From NCBI GenBank assembly GCA_000934665.2, contig KZ538298.1, positions 1-64,000 on the forward strand: a stretch of 64,000 bases of DNA, written 5' to 3'. The translations under genes and the position numbers were made by a program. Below, in pieces: positions 37,404 to 51,895 of this stretch. How positions within the stretch are numbered: position 1 is the first letter of the stretch; every line of letters starts with the position of its first letter. The DNA comes from Catajapyx aquilonaris. Its lineage: Eukaryota. The notes below the pieces were generated by a model. The model was not told the origin of the DNA. It saw only the letters and a program-made list of their open reading frames with translations, and ran no database searches.

Positions 37404-39000
37404 CCTTCCTATACGCAGTACAGATGTACAATTTTTTCGCCCCAGTTTTTACCCATCCACACCAGCGTTAGGTAACCTTCATCATTGCACCTATAAGTGA
37501 TTTCTAGCCATATCGCATGTTGATACTGTAGGTGAGTCAATTTTTGCCATTTGTTGCAAACTACTAATAAAAACAAAACTGCCTGTAAACCGCGAGCAGG
37601 GAGGCCTGATCTATTTGGCGAGAGGGCAAGTCTATTTTGTCTGGCAACAGCAATAATGTTAAAACTGCTGGCCATCGTGTACTGCACGATGTGGAAATAA
37701 TTTAAAAAAACACTGTGTTGGGTCAGAACCAGGTTAGGGTAATACGACCAGCAGAGAGTACCGCAAATAGTGAGAATGATGGTGATGCTGTTCTTCCATA
37801 ATAGTAGGTGAAGAATTTTGAATCTCGTGTTAATACCGAATAAATGTCGTGTGTTGGACCTACGATGTTGTTGTATGATTCAAAGTTACATTTACGGCCG
37901 GAAAAGTTGCAATATCAGGAAATATGTTGGTCCTTTTGGCATCAAGCGTAATTTCCTATTCTTGTGAATAATGTGTAAAAAAAAACCTCAATATTTCACA
38001 AAATTCGCAAGGTTGGACTAGTGTCGTTTTATTGTGGGCTCCTGCCTTAAATATATAAGGGGGTGATTATTGTGTAAGAGGTGTTTCCCAACAGAATGTG
38101 ATATGACGAGAATGCTGTAGTCCTGTAATAAACATAAAAGTGACTTTCACCTGGTGGTAATTTATGACCCTTTTTAATCTTTCATACAGTGAATATACAT
38201 TGAGTATCATCTGGGTAAAATGACAACATACTTGTCTTTATGAGCTTTACAGCTGCATCCTTGCTGTTAAACTGAGCATAAGTACAGTAACTATGTCAAT
38301 GCCAGTCTTGAAGACTTGCATGTCATGCAGTTTTATTTTTCCGTACTCATATGCTGATGAATCTATCTGGCTTCAGTATGCATGGTGCCTTTACTCATTT
38401 TGCTTACTCATGTTATGTACAAGTATTTAATGGAATGTAATTCTGGCAAATTATAAAGATGACAAACACAAGACAGCATTTTGTAAGGTAAGAAAAGTGA
38501 ACAGTACCAAGAAGAACACAGCAAAAACAAAAATGATAGTAGTAAAAAACCCATAAAATGATTTCATCTGAAACCCCACAACCACATCAAACTCCACCCT
38601 TGATTTGTTTCCCAGTGAATATTGCCAAGCAGAGCATTTGGAATGTAAATGCAGTATACTGAGGTTTGCCTATTTGCATTTGTGACGGAATGATCCTTAT
38701 CACTATGAACCTACGTCCCAATCACAAAATTACCCTTTATCCTATTTGATTTCAGAAAATTTGTTTTCACTCTGTCAAAAGAGTACGGGGGAAGACAGCT
38801 CTTTCAACCACTACAAACTCTACCAAGCTTCTGACAAGGTGAAAACTAATAAGGTTCCGAATTTTAATACCAGAAAAAAAAATCACCATTAATTTCACAG
38901 CAAAAAGTAGCAACTCCCCTCATATTGGACGCTCTGCCTACAAAACCCGACTTTGAATATGTCCTGGGCAGTGGACGCCTCCGTTCACAACAGGTCACCA

Positions 39001-42000
39001 TCAGGCATGACCATGCAACGAGGTCAACGAAGGGTCGTAGTTGCCATGGTGGTGATGATGGTACGAGTATGCCGATGGACCTGAAGCTCCAAAGTGCATC
39101 AGATCCTTCTTCATTGGAGGCAGCACCAATCCTGGTTCCGTCTTTACCATGGAGCCATCATCAAATGCCTTTCCTCCATTGCATCCGAAGAGTGGTTTCA
39201 TCTCCGTTCCCAAGTGGAGGCCTCCACCACCGGTGTTGCTTTGGGCCATCATCAAGCTGCTTCCCAGTGACTCAGTGGACATACTAGTCTCGCTGCAAAT
39301 GTCAAAGAGTCAAATGTCAAACGGGGGTCAAATGGCCAATGGGAGGTCATGTTTTGGATTCAAGCACGTTTCCTTTTTTTTGCTAATGAACTTTGTGTCA
39401 ACAGATGGTTGGAGCTAATCTTGAACTGGCTGCGTGGTCATGGCCAACGCACTAAAAGTGAGTCCTTTTTTATCGTGCTTTTTGCAGCTGATCTCCAGGA
39501 TTAGCAACCTGGCTAGAACATAATACTGTAGATGAGTTTTAATTGCAATATTGGTATGCAGTGGGCAAAATAAATAATGCGGCCCAAGGGCCGCAAAATG
39601 ATTGCCGGATAATGTCACAGCACAGCTATCTATTGCCAGAGCCTGTAAAAGGTATGCCATACACTATATCGACCAGAAAGCGCTTGTTCGGCACTAATTT
39701 GGAAATCCACCATTTATAACTTCACTGAGCGTCATACATCACCTATCTGGAACAGTGGAAATTACCACAGATGAGCAATGTTGCCAAACTTCCATGCAAT
39801 GTTTTTGAATACGTCTTGCTTTAGAATTTTGTTAGCTAGGTTCAGGCAAGATTTATTTTCCCAGTGCCCTTGAAACATCTGGATCTAATTGTAATGACTC
39901 GCCCTGGGTGGCAGTCTCATATTATGATTACGCAAAGGTTGAATCAGCATTTTCTTTTAATTGTATCAAAATATTGACTAACACACTCCACTAAAAATAA
40001 TGGTCATTTTAATAATTAAATAACACATGTGGTTTTGACCTCATGCAATCAATAGACCCCTTGTGTCGAATGCTCCCTGGCAGTTAACCTCCTTTATCTG
40101 CGTACGTGCACGTCCGGCATTCGTATGACTGTGTCCTTCTCAGTTATCATTCCTTTGACCTGTGAAACAGAAGACACTGCTGGCGATTTGCTGCCGGCGG
40201 CGCATTATTGCTAGACATCTAGGGAAGTTTCCCACGATCGAGAAGTACTGCTCTCAGCAAAAGTGTTTGTTGGCGTGATCGAATGACATCCAATGATGTC
40301 ATGTGTTACCGGAAGGTTCACGTACGTGTCAACTGCCTGGACGCTGGACTTTCTCACTCCCATCCGTATACCCCCGATGTCATACTCGGACATCAAATAA
40401 TTACATTTTTTTTTTTTACAAAATAACACACATGAACAAACTTCTTACAAAGTACACTTCCAGGTCATATATGGCCTCTAGTGAATGCCAATGAAGCACA
40501 TTCGCAAAACGACACCACCTGGGCACGTATCACTCGATGGTCGAAAATGAGCCCACCAACCGAAGAGGGAATCAGGATACTACTCAACATTATATCAAGT
40601 TTATTCACACCTTCGCTAATTTGGCCCCAATTTTTCATCATGACACCCCCACCGAAATGAGGTAATGGCGCCAGTAAATATGTCTGTCCCTGAGCTAGTT
40701 CGGACGAATGATCTTTATCCCTCAAACAAAACATTGTGGAGTATTGTTAAAATCCTCCAAAGCCTGCGGACAGTTGTGCGACCCCCGAGTGGCGTTCCTG
40801 GTCGGGTCAACACTGACCATCGGACAAACCTGGCTAACCGAAACACGATAGTGCGTTGTTGCTGCAGCTCTCCCAATGGTCCCGGTTGGAATGGTGCGGG
40901 CAGGGACACTCTTTTTCCTGTTTTGTTTCTCTCTGGCTCTCTGGCCCTAATGGGGTGTCAACACAAGTATGTTGTGGAGTTGACTCTCGACGTGACGAGA
41001 CGAGTTTTCAACCCCTTCTGGCCTGACCCCCCACCACCCACCCGCCCACGTCCATCCACGTGGACACAGTACGTGCGACACGCATGTCACCTTTTTTTTT
41101 GAGTGGAAGGTGTCAACTTGGGAATGCCCGTAATATCTACTAATGTGGATGAATTATGGGTAAGAACAATGTTGGTATAAATATTTGTGTTTGCTCCGCC
41201 TGGGTATGGCTTTCTTGCATAGCACTTTCAATGATTTATGGTGACAGTTATGGCATACATAAGTGAGTCATTACAAACCAGTCAGAAACATGTGCTGGTT
41301 AATGTGTATGTATATACGCACAGGCAGTACGCGATACACGCAACCCACAATGATGCTTGCTATGTACAGTGCATCAAGTGATTTCACTTGTTGGCAAAAT
41401 AGCACTGTGGAGTGCTGCCACGAACATTTTGATAGCACTCGATATAACACTCGATTCATATATAAATGTGCGTATAGCACATAGGCTGCTTGACAATCTT
41501 ACAGAATATTTGCAAGTAATAAACTATTGACATTATTTCATGAAGTTGCACGTGAGCATACCCTCCTCAACACATACCAAACAGTACATTTAGTGACATA
41601 TTAGCAATTATGTAAATTTCTAATGTAATTATTGTACTTAACGCCTTGCAATATTTATCATCATTGGTAAGTGTATAGGAATATATAGTTGTTGCTATGG
41701 AAATCAGTAGCCAAGAGAGGGAGGCTGTGTAGATATGAATGCTGGATATTTTGTTAGTTTTGGGAATTTGGATGACTGTTTCGTTTAGCGGCGGTTTTTG
41801 TTGTAAATAATCGCACTCGAGCTAATAAATTATGTAATATCGAGTGCCGTGCCGGTAATGGCCACGTGAGCCATGGTATATCGTACAAGTTTTCCGGACT
41901 GTTTGTTTTAATGTTTTATTGCCATTTTAGCTCATAATTGGAGTTAACTTTCGTCTAAGCCATCTTAATCGCTGCATACCCCTAATAGAGAAAATTCCGT

Positions 42001-44264
42001 GATGGAAATGATGATGATGCAGGAGTAAGTGCTATAAAATATCTGAACAATCTGTCTAACACACCAGTAGCCTACTTATTATTAGTCATTCATAGTGATC
42101 AGACGTTCAGAACCGCGTAACTAACATCTGAAATCACAATCTGCTATAAAGCTGATCTATTTGTAGGATTACATCACACATTTGCTAATTATACGCAATA
42201 GTCTGTTGAAACTCTCACGGGCATATATGCGAAATGGCAATTTATTTTGGACTGGTGAGAATGCAAGTAAATATTACGCTAAATTTGACAATTTTTAACG
42301 ACCTGTCCGGTAACATTATGCATCAGGTAGCTTGAAATTTTATCACATCAATTAGGTCCTGCACATTACACTATAGGGGAAACTGACTTGAAAATTATGT
42401 TTTCAAATCGATGTCCACTGTGTTATGATGTAGGTAAACGCTCGCTTGGAGTTGGAGCATATACTTATTTGCATAACCAAGATGCACAACCAATGTCCGA
42501 AATGCTAGAAACTTGCGCGACTAACGCATTGTTAACGTAAAGTACACCTACAACTGTTACAGTACCCACAGCGGTGGTGTCGAAAAATTATGTTACACAC
42601 TAACGTATAACTTCATACTATAACCCCTACAATTTCTTTGATTTTGTTGTCATGAAATTAGAACAAAATAATATTAAATATTACTAGCGCAATCGCTTCA
42701 TCCTGGGATACATGCAACCGTTTCGCTATTCTTGACTCCCACATTGCATACAAGCGAGGCGCTAAATGCATTATATTGCGCAATACAATTGTGGCTTGCT
42801 CCTCTTGGAATAATCGAAGTATAAATATTTGGTATTTTTACAATAATTCATGCGCACGGTTTCGATCGGTCTAATAATACCGTGATAACATTTGCCTCTA
42901 ATAATTTTATTGATATTGTCAAATAAATTATAGATTACTAAAATATTTTCCAAACTCCTAAATACCTTGACGTCTGACCCAGCAATCACTGAGGAAATCC
43001 CTGGAAAAATCTGCCTAAATTTCAATGATTTGATCTATGAAAATACTTGTACATGGCCGGCATGAGATTACCCATAAATGCATCAGGTATACGACCCAAA
43101 GTGACAAGCTAATTCCCAGATTTGGTATGTTAACAGTTAGAGGTTGAGGTATTAATATTGATAATATATATACAAAAAGCGTAGGAGTTCCTCGGAAAAG
43201 CCTGACCGTATGAAAAATACATTTACCAAAAAAAAAAAAAAAACACCCGGATTTTTCGAGAAAAACAACACAAATTTTCGCGCCTGTCACAATTTTCGTT
43301 TGTTTGAAACTGAAATTGCATTTAACTTTCATTGTTTCAGACCGGTATATTCCATGCGAAAAGATACGAATCGCTGCCCACTTTAACAGTTCCAGTAAAC
43401 TGAGTCCAATATCGGCTATCCCCCACATACGTGTTCCCCGTAACCTCAACAAGTCCCAGAATGACTGTCCACAATAATGAATGAAATGCGTGTTTTTTGG
43501 GAGCTGGCATTGAAATGTGACACCCACCTCCTCTGCTGCGGCGTGCGGTCCCGCTGCCTCCGGTTCTTGAACCAATTGCTGACCTGGGTCAGAGTCAGAC
43601 CCGTCTTTTTGGCCAGACCCCTCTTTTCATCTGGAGTCGGGTACCGGTTCCTCTTGTAGCAGTCCTTCAGCGCATTGCGAGACTTCTCCTTGAAGCAATA
43701 CACCGTCTCCTCCCCATCCCATATGGTCTTGGGCAACGGGTACTTCTTCCGGAGCCTATACTTATCCACCGCACCCAGGGGCCGCCCCCGTACCTTCTCC
43801 GCTTCCTTATAGTGCGCCCGGTACCACATCTGCTGCAACTCAGCATGATGCTGCGGCGAGAAACTATGTCCCTCCAGCAGCTTATACAAATCATGGAAGG
43901 CTCCTCGATGGAAAGCCACAGCTGCCCTTGCCCTCAGCACCGACTCGCCCCCATGGTGTATCTCGCTCGGGGGCAATGCCCACAAGAAACGGGCAAGACG
44001 GTCCAGGTTACCCGCCTGTTGCAACGCCTCACACACGCACTCCACCTGCTCTGTTGAAAATGGCAGCGGCTTCCTGGAGAAGAACTCTGACACTTTCTCT
44101 CCAGAAGGAGTCACAGGTGATGGTGACTCGTTGCTTCGAGCCACCGACTCCTCAGGAACCACATCCAGCTCGTGGACCATGTGATGGTGATGATGGTGAT
44201 GATGGTGATGGTGCAGTCCAAGCTGGTCCCCCACCACGTCTTGTAGTTCATTCACTTCCATCAT
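39001..44264 (-). CDS. Six4: SIX homeobox protein, Six4/5 subfamily, 2 exons, about 342 aa
   Basis: Exon 44264-43528 (SIX domain plus homeodomain, [13 protein letters not shown] with Six4/5-diagnostic [14 protein letters not shown]) splices in phase 2 to exon 39292-39001. Confidence 0.95.
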
Positions 44265-44325
44265 GGTCAGTGGTAAGGTGTTACCATTGCCGAAGAGTGC
44301 CCAAAATTCAGCCGAAATTCACGAC

Positions 44326-44428
44326 GAAATCGTGATTAGTTGCCAAAATCGTGATTAGTAGCCAAAATCACGATTTGTTGTCCGAGAATCACGATTTGTT
44401 GTCCGAAAATCACAATTTGTTGTCCAAA
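44326..44428. repeat. 19-20-bp tandem repeat (5 units) immediately upstream of the Six4 ATG
   Basis: AAATCGTGATTAGTWGCCA x2, then AATCACRATTTGTTGTCC x3. Confidence 0.8.
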
Positions 44429-47400
44429 AATGGCGATCACTAAAAATCACTGATTAACTGGTACGTGCTGGCTGTTCTTTGTGTTGGTTGAGACTGAGCG
44501 CCGGATTTTTTGAACGTGGTTCTAGAACCAAGAGTAAGCATGGAAGAGGCAGCCTATTGGTCCAGGCTGAGGGGGATGGGATCTGGCGGGTGAATCGAGT
44601 GCCTGCCAGACTGCTGAGGGACCGCCCAGTTGACACTCCCAGGTTTGTAAGGGGCGTGGCACTTTGACCCCATGCTTTTCCTAACCGGTATGTCATCATA
44701 TTTGCAAATAAATGCTAATCCGGGTCACATACTAAGGGGGACCGGAATATACGGATTGTTTCATCTAGCCAATGATTTTTAATAGTTTTAATTTGGGGGG
44801 AAAAAGTTTAAAAAATGATCGAGACAGTCCCAGAGCCTATTATAGGACACATTAATATTTCGCATGATCTTATGGGATTAATTAATGGCTATATTCCATC
44901 AGTCATCAAAGTAATTACTCTTCATATCCCACATCTGGATCCGTAATGCATAATCACTCAGCTCCCACGCCCACCTTACATGATGAGTGCTGTAGGGTTA
45001 TCAGTAATAGCTTAATGACACAGTTAGTACATGCTGAGCTATTGTGTAACATGCACAAAAAATATAAGAAGCATTAACTATTGTGCCTGAATGTCTGGAG
45101 CGCACTAAAAACAACATGATTTATTGGATCTTCAGAGTTACGTGATGCTCGTAATGAGGGAAAATAATATCATAATTTCAAAATATTATCACAGTCGTAT
45201 AGATTTTTATTGCGGTGATGATATTGTAATATTTACAGTTCAACTTGAAGGTTTGTTTTCGTCTTGAGCCATACCGAATATGGTATGATGTTATGGCGGG
45301 AAACTGAGCCATTAAAGTCAACCATATGAAAACGTAAACATGACGACTGTGGCCATTCATTTATTCATTTTCATCACTCTAAGTTGCGCCGTAAAACGGC
45401 ATAATGTTGATTAAATACCTAGCTTTCCTCTTGGACAGCAACAACCCATTGAACGTTCAAAATAGCTTCGACAGGAAGCCACCGCATTCTTCTCAGGTTG
45501 AGGTATACTAGAAGACAGGAGAGGGGCAACGCACTCAATGCCAAATAGTGTATATCACTATTTACTACAAAAGTCACTTTCCAAAAAAAAAAGTAGTGGA
45601 GCGTAAAACCTACACCTTGTTTATTTGCTTACTCTACTATTGGAAGCGCAGGTATCGTGTGACCGGTGTGTATTGTATTATTTCCGTAGGATTCGGCATG
45701 GTGGGAAACCAGCTGAAAAATGTTACTGGAGGTGCAGTTACTGCGGTAAGCATGATGGACTTTGCCTACATGAAGGCCTCATATTACTTTTCATGAATCA
45801 TATTTCGGTCGGACCAAAGATATTTTGGATTCTTGACCCCCCTCACCCAATTTTGGATTTTAGATAAATCTACTGTATGTATATTGAACATCCGCCTGTC
45901 GTGATGCGCATTCTGATAAGAGTTACATAAACTTCGCCATTAGTCAACAAGGAAATAACAACGTGCCAAACTTTCCCCGGTGGTGTGACCATGATGCAGT
46001 CCAAGGTCCGGGTCGAGGTCAGACAAAAGAATGGAAACACTTCTGGTGACAGCTCTGCCTGGTGCTGAGACAACGTCGATGATATAAATTGTCAAAAAAA
46101 TGTCGCCTTCAGTTGGTGGTATGTTTAGGTAACGCATTCACGCTTTAAATCAACCGCAAAATTCTTGACATTTTTGCCACTGTTCCCACGCAGACAAAAT
46201 TAATCGGATAATAATGTTCTCCGAGTCGTAAATGAGGAGTCACGTACCTGTGAGTTCATCACGATTGTGACATATGAGCATCCGTGGACAGAATCCCCTT
46301 TATGTTTATGTATAATAACCTTTGATACTGTAATGGCGAGACATGACATGCGAGAACGTCCACTTCTTGCATGGCACTTGGAATTTTTGCTGCCAGATTA
46401 TTGACCTCTTCGTCGGGTCATGAGAGTGGCCAAAATCGAACTTTCTCACGCATCTAAAAATGTGAAGAAAGCTGGTTCTCGCCGGATGATGGTACGGATG
46501 TGTCATCATTTTATATTGTAGTAACTGATAACCCTTCAATTAAACGATGGCATAAATTCTCGAAGTGCACAATGGACACCAGCTGTGGCACATGGTAATG
46601 TTATCGGTAACAACAGATTACGTTCGCATATTCTTTGAATGCACAGAAAATCCGCGGCGATAATTGTTTTAAATCATCCCAAAAATTAATTAAATGGAAA
46701 AGCACATTTACTTGATTTTAATCCACAATTTGTTCGTTTTGCCTTCATCACAATAACTTAAGAATTTTCAGGGTGGAATAATGCTGATCATAATAACAAA
46801 TGCGATACCGCATCTTTTCTACAGTAAATGATTCCATCCTATTGCACCTTTACATTGAAGTGTAGAAACACTGAGACCATATATAACTGAAATGTCCGTG
46901 GTATAAGGAAGATAATGAGTCATGAACTGAGCAATGCACAAAGGCAAGAAAAGGACAGTCAAAATAATACAGTATATTAAAAATAGCTTATGCAACAGGA
47001 TCACCCAAGAAACTCGCCTTTATACATGCTCAAGTCATCTCAAAGCTTTATCCTGCAGGTATGCATCACGCCTCGAAGAAACACTGATGGGGCAAGTTCA
47101 GAAATATGCCAATGGACCAATTGTTGACACATTGTTCTTTATTGTTGAAACTGTGTCAGTGCGTTTGGGAGATTTTCGTTGACTAGGAGTCAGTAAACAA
47201 AACGATGACGTCAGATCGTTTAACGGACTTTTTTCCCTCGTTTAGAAAGGATTGTGCGCATCAAACATTTGCTTAATTGCTTATTTCAATCTTACCATTG
47301 TATTCTCCAAAATATATTGTGTCGAAGTACATCTTTTAATCTGGGGTGTCCCAACTGCACATTTTGAGTCCGACTTATACAAGGTACAGAAAAGTACACA

Positions 47401-48142
47401 CGATTACACTTCACCAAGAGTAAAGTGTGTGCTTTATGCTTCTTATCGGCAATAGTATTATTAGGCTACTCTAGCTTAATCTCTGTTGAGGATGCTGATT
47501 TTCTTGTTGGTTCTAGTGGCTCTGATGGGCCGCATCGATGCAGCATAGATTTTTTGGACAGTAGAAGGACACATTGAAACTCTTTTCGCACGAGAAAATC
47601 CTCCACGATCCGGGGATAGAACCTAGAAAGGAATAAAGAAAATATTTTACAGTATTATCATTTGACCAAAATAATGTCCATCTTCGCCTAAATACTGTTC
47701 ACTACTTATTATTGTAAGTCGTGTTATACACTGCGGATTCATGATATGCGTTTCCTGTGTATAGGCCTACTATAGTCTACTACCTGTACCGTATTGCCTA
47801 TCAAAAAAAGTTTCGTCCGGACGTAAGCTATCCACGTATCATTCCTTCATGGAGCCATACAACCCTCATCCACTTGTATACAGAGGTGCAGAAGACTAGG
47901 AGTTTCTTTGGCTGCTGGTTCCAGCAGGATTCTGTCGTTCCATCGTTTCCAGGATACGTCTACTCATAGCAGAAACATTTTTGACAAACAATTTATTTTT
48001 GAGAGACCAGCACTATACAGACCTGTTTCTATATAATGATTATAGAAACTTCCAGTATGTGTTCATGGGCACCATCAGTAGATCAATTTTTTGTAGAGGT
48101 GTCAATCGTATTATTAATTTTTGATCTCACTGTCAGCAGCCT

Positions 48143-48324
48143 TCAAGGTAATCAAGGTATCAAGGTATCAAGGGATCAAGGTAATGGGGTTCAAACAATT
48201 GCTATAAAAGGGTAACATTACCTTTTTATAGCGATTGTTTGAACCCCATTACCTTTTTACCTTTTACCTTTGACCATGGTAAAAGGTAAAAGGGTAATGG
48301 GGTTCAAACAATCGCTATAAAAAA
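48143..48324. repeat. Alternating inverted repeat (A-A'-A) with TCAAGGTA tandem lead-in
   Basis: GGTAATGGGGTTCAAACAATYGCTATAAAA at ~48180, inverted at ~48225-48253, forward again at ~48293. Confidence 0.85.
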
Positions 48325-51300
48325 TAGCCTTACATGTATGCACCTCTACGCGCCCTCGACTTTCAATTTTTCAATGTAGATTATAAATGCCATTATGATT
48401 ATTTTTTTAATTTTACCTAAGAGCATCTTGTTTTGTATTTAATGAAATGGAAGAAGACAGAAGACAGAATCATTGTGCAGGCAGATCACATTTTGGTATG
48501 GGTCTCAAATCATTTCCCCTCAGTCTTCCACCCCCTGGGACCATTCGACCGAGGTCCACATTAGGTCCCTTTCTCCCACCGAAAAAATCCAGCACGAGTT
48601 TCTACACTCCTATAAAAAAAACCCGGCTACTGTATATAAGGCAGTACAGTGCCGGTACATATAGTGGCACGCACTTCTCCCTCTTTGCGACGAGGATGTC
48701 GGATGCGGGAAATTGTGGAAAGTGCCAAGGGAAGTGGGTGGAGAGGGGGTGGATAGGGGGGGGGGNTATGGTGGAAGCTCACTTGAATGAGAAGAGAAGG
48801 CCGCTTGTCAAAGGACCTCTCTGGAGGCCTTTGCAGGTCGCCATGGTAACCCGGCTGGCCCTTTTTGGACGCGGCGCCACAGCCGAGGAAGAGCCAGCTA
48901 GAGGAGCAATGCACAGAGAGAGGTGGATGGAGAGGGTGGGAGAGAGGGGGGGCTCAACTCCGCCCAGGGGCTTGTGCATTTTGCCGCCGTTCCGGGCACC
49001 CTGGGGTGTCGAATTGCTAGCAGATGGAGGGGTTTGCGAACGCGGGAAGCACGATGATGTAGCCTGCCCAGCAGCCAAACTATATCTCCTAAACTCAAGG
49101 ACCACCACATTTTCTGGGAATTGGAAGGGAAATGGTGGATGCTGATGGATTGGATTATCCAAATGGATTTTCTAAACATGCGCTTTGTGGGCGGATCCTT
49201 TTGGAGTTTTAATGACGTTTATGTAGAACAGGTGGTTATTTCATAACTTGTGGGTATAGGCAGGACCCTGCTGGATATATGAATAGAGCCAGGTAGGAAG
49301 TCAAACACACAGGATCACATATAAATGCCTGGAGTTACCCGTACCCGATTACAAAAACTGCCACTTTAAAAGTTAGTAAGTTACTTTCTGTTACCTTTGC
49401 CATGCACATGATATAACCCTGAATAACGTAACCACAATGTTGCTGTTGCCTATCTGCCCAATAGCACCTTCAACAATACTCCGGCTTTGTTATAACCGAT
49501 GTAGCGGATAGTCAAGTGGTTTGAAAGAACTCAGGCACCCACAGATTTTCAAGTTGAACAACTTGTCAAGATTGTCCCCCATGGCGTCCACACCATTCTT
49601 CTTCCCTTTCCTCGGGTCAGAAAAGACCGATAAAGGCACAATGGGATGTAAACCAAACATCCGATGACCTTCGATGCTCTTTTTCACCGGAAACAAATTG
49701 ACACTACTGAACCTAAAAGATGGAATGCTGAAGGCAGGGATGATAGTGATAGTTTATTACTCTCGATGGTTGTACATTTTGCGTTATTGAGACTCTTATC
49801 TCTTAAGCAGTGTGTGGGAAGGCCAAGAACAAAAATTGAGTGTGCACATGTCGCCCAAATGCCCACGCATGTTACACAGACTATTACCCACTTTATGGGT
49901 TATGAACATAGATAGCAAAAAAGGAGAAAGAGCTGTGGTAGTAACGCCAGATAATCTGGAGTACCCCTCCCAGTCTGTCGACTTTCCACCCCCTGGAACT
50001 CAACAACCGCAATCACTGACTGATGTACCTCGGTCCCCAAACCGGCGCTAACGACGTCGCTGCAACTCTCCTAATGAGCATGAAGCAACCCGACACCAAC
50101 CCCCGATGTCCCCCCAGCCCTTCTCCTCCGGGGACGAGATTTATGGCCATTGGGAACACTCCACCGCACCCCTCCTCCTACCCCCACCCCACTCCAGCAC
50201 ACACACACCTTCCTTCCCTCCCTACCCCTCCATCCAACCACCCACCGACCCTCCACCTGCTTTTTCTTGCCAACTTCAAAAATCCCTAGATTCCTCAAAT
50301 GCAAAAGCGCGGATATCCTGTCCTCTAAGCTCTAACTTGTTGCCTCATTTACAGAGGGGCAATGGTCGGATGCTAAATGCGGCAAGGCGTGAGATTAGCC
50401 ACGTATATGAACAAAGAATGAACAGAAATTAGTGCGAAACATCATATAAGCAGGTGGCTGGGTACCAAACAATGGCGGCACCCACGCTTACCCACGCCTT
50501 CCGTTCAGCCCACGTGTGCTATGTAAATCCGCTCCAATCCGCTCCAATCCGGCCAAATCACAACAATATGGACTACCCAGAAGTCAATAACGATAAACTA
50601 GTTGATTTACTGATTGAATCAAACACTTGACATCCCATACACCCTTGCATGAGATACGATCAAAATAACATTAAGACAGCAAATTATATCCACCGATGCT
50701 GATAAGCAAGTCGAGGGGTTGCCCACAAATCTTTCCGACCATCTCCCTCCCTTGTCACATCCTCCGCCCCATTTTTCCACCTAGTTTTACACGGTCTTTT
50801 GTGCTGGCGCAAAAATACAGGGTCCCCTCCAGTCCTTTTGGAGCGTAGTTCATTCAAAAAGGAACAAGTCCGTACAACACAGGCCGACAGAATGAAGAGG
50901 GGGCAGTGAAAAGGTAGCTCTTCCCAATGACACTCATTCAACACCACCCCATGCTAAATCCTCCGTGTTTTCGCTCAGGGGGTTAAAAATCTGCTAACTG
51001 CCATTCAGGACATCCGGACCCAAAAACATGGACATCTTGAGCAATCCTGGACCCAATTATGCCTTTTTTTTGGCTCTTATTTATCAGTGTCGCAAGCAGT
51101 GTGTGAGAGGTCAAATGAGGACACGTTTCAGCCATGTGGCCTCCAGATCGGTGGCAGGGGGCCTAGGGTAGCAGAAGAGAGATGACGGGATGTGGGGATG
51201 CTGGGGGAAGGGGGGTTGTTACAACCCCCCTTCATGTCCCTTTGCTTCTCGGTCCCGATACTGTACCTATTAGGTCGTCTAATTAGCCCAATGGGGAGCC

Positions 51301-51669
51301 CTCCCGGCCCATTATCTTCATTTACGATGCCTACCATGGACCACCTAATTGGCTGCACTCTCCGCACAGCCAGGTTCCATGCGCACCGATTAGACACCCT
51401 AATATGTACAGTATCTATACATGCAGAGAATCAGATGTCAGTTATCGGAGTGAATACTTAAAATGAATGGATGGGTCTGATCTAACGGTGAGGAATATTG
51501 TCAAATATTATTGTCAGATATGTACGTCAGATTACAGGTACTTGTTCGAATCCCAGGTATATAGCCTACCAAGTAGAATACTGTATAGGTGCTGAGGATA
51601 TGGGAATGAGGATGCCCTGGAAATGAACTTGTCACATGCAAATTGCACTGCTCTGTGTGTTCTTTTCCG

Positions 51670-51895
51670 TTTTGCGGATGCGACCCCAAATTTGGGGTCG
51701 CCAGGAAGGTTAACTAGTTATTTATGCAAATTGATTCTATCTCTCTAAAAAAATTGCCCGTAAACGATATGTGTTAATTTAGCGATTATTATAATTAACT
51801 ACCACCGAAGGGTTAGGGTTGAATTGGAAGTGGTGGTCGCGAATTTTACGCATCTATTTTCTGGGGTCGCCAACGAAAAAGATTGGGAAGCACGC
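51670..51895. mobile_element. Degenerate hAT (Charlie-like) MITE
   Basis: GCGACCCC/GGGGTCGC subterminal motifs and TTGGGAAGCAC end, similar to 54331-54599. Confidence 0.45.

Noticed and set aside
44326..44428. CRISPR-like repeat
   Set aside because: No unique spacers, no cas genes, eukaryotic context.
48447..49162. 232-aa and overlapping ORFs
   Set aside because: GC-rich region open in several frames, no domain or splice support; more likely regulatory.
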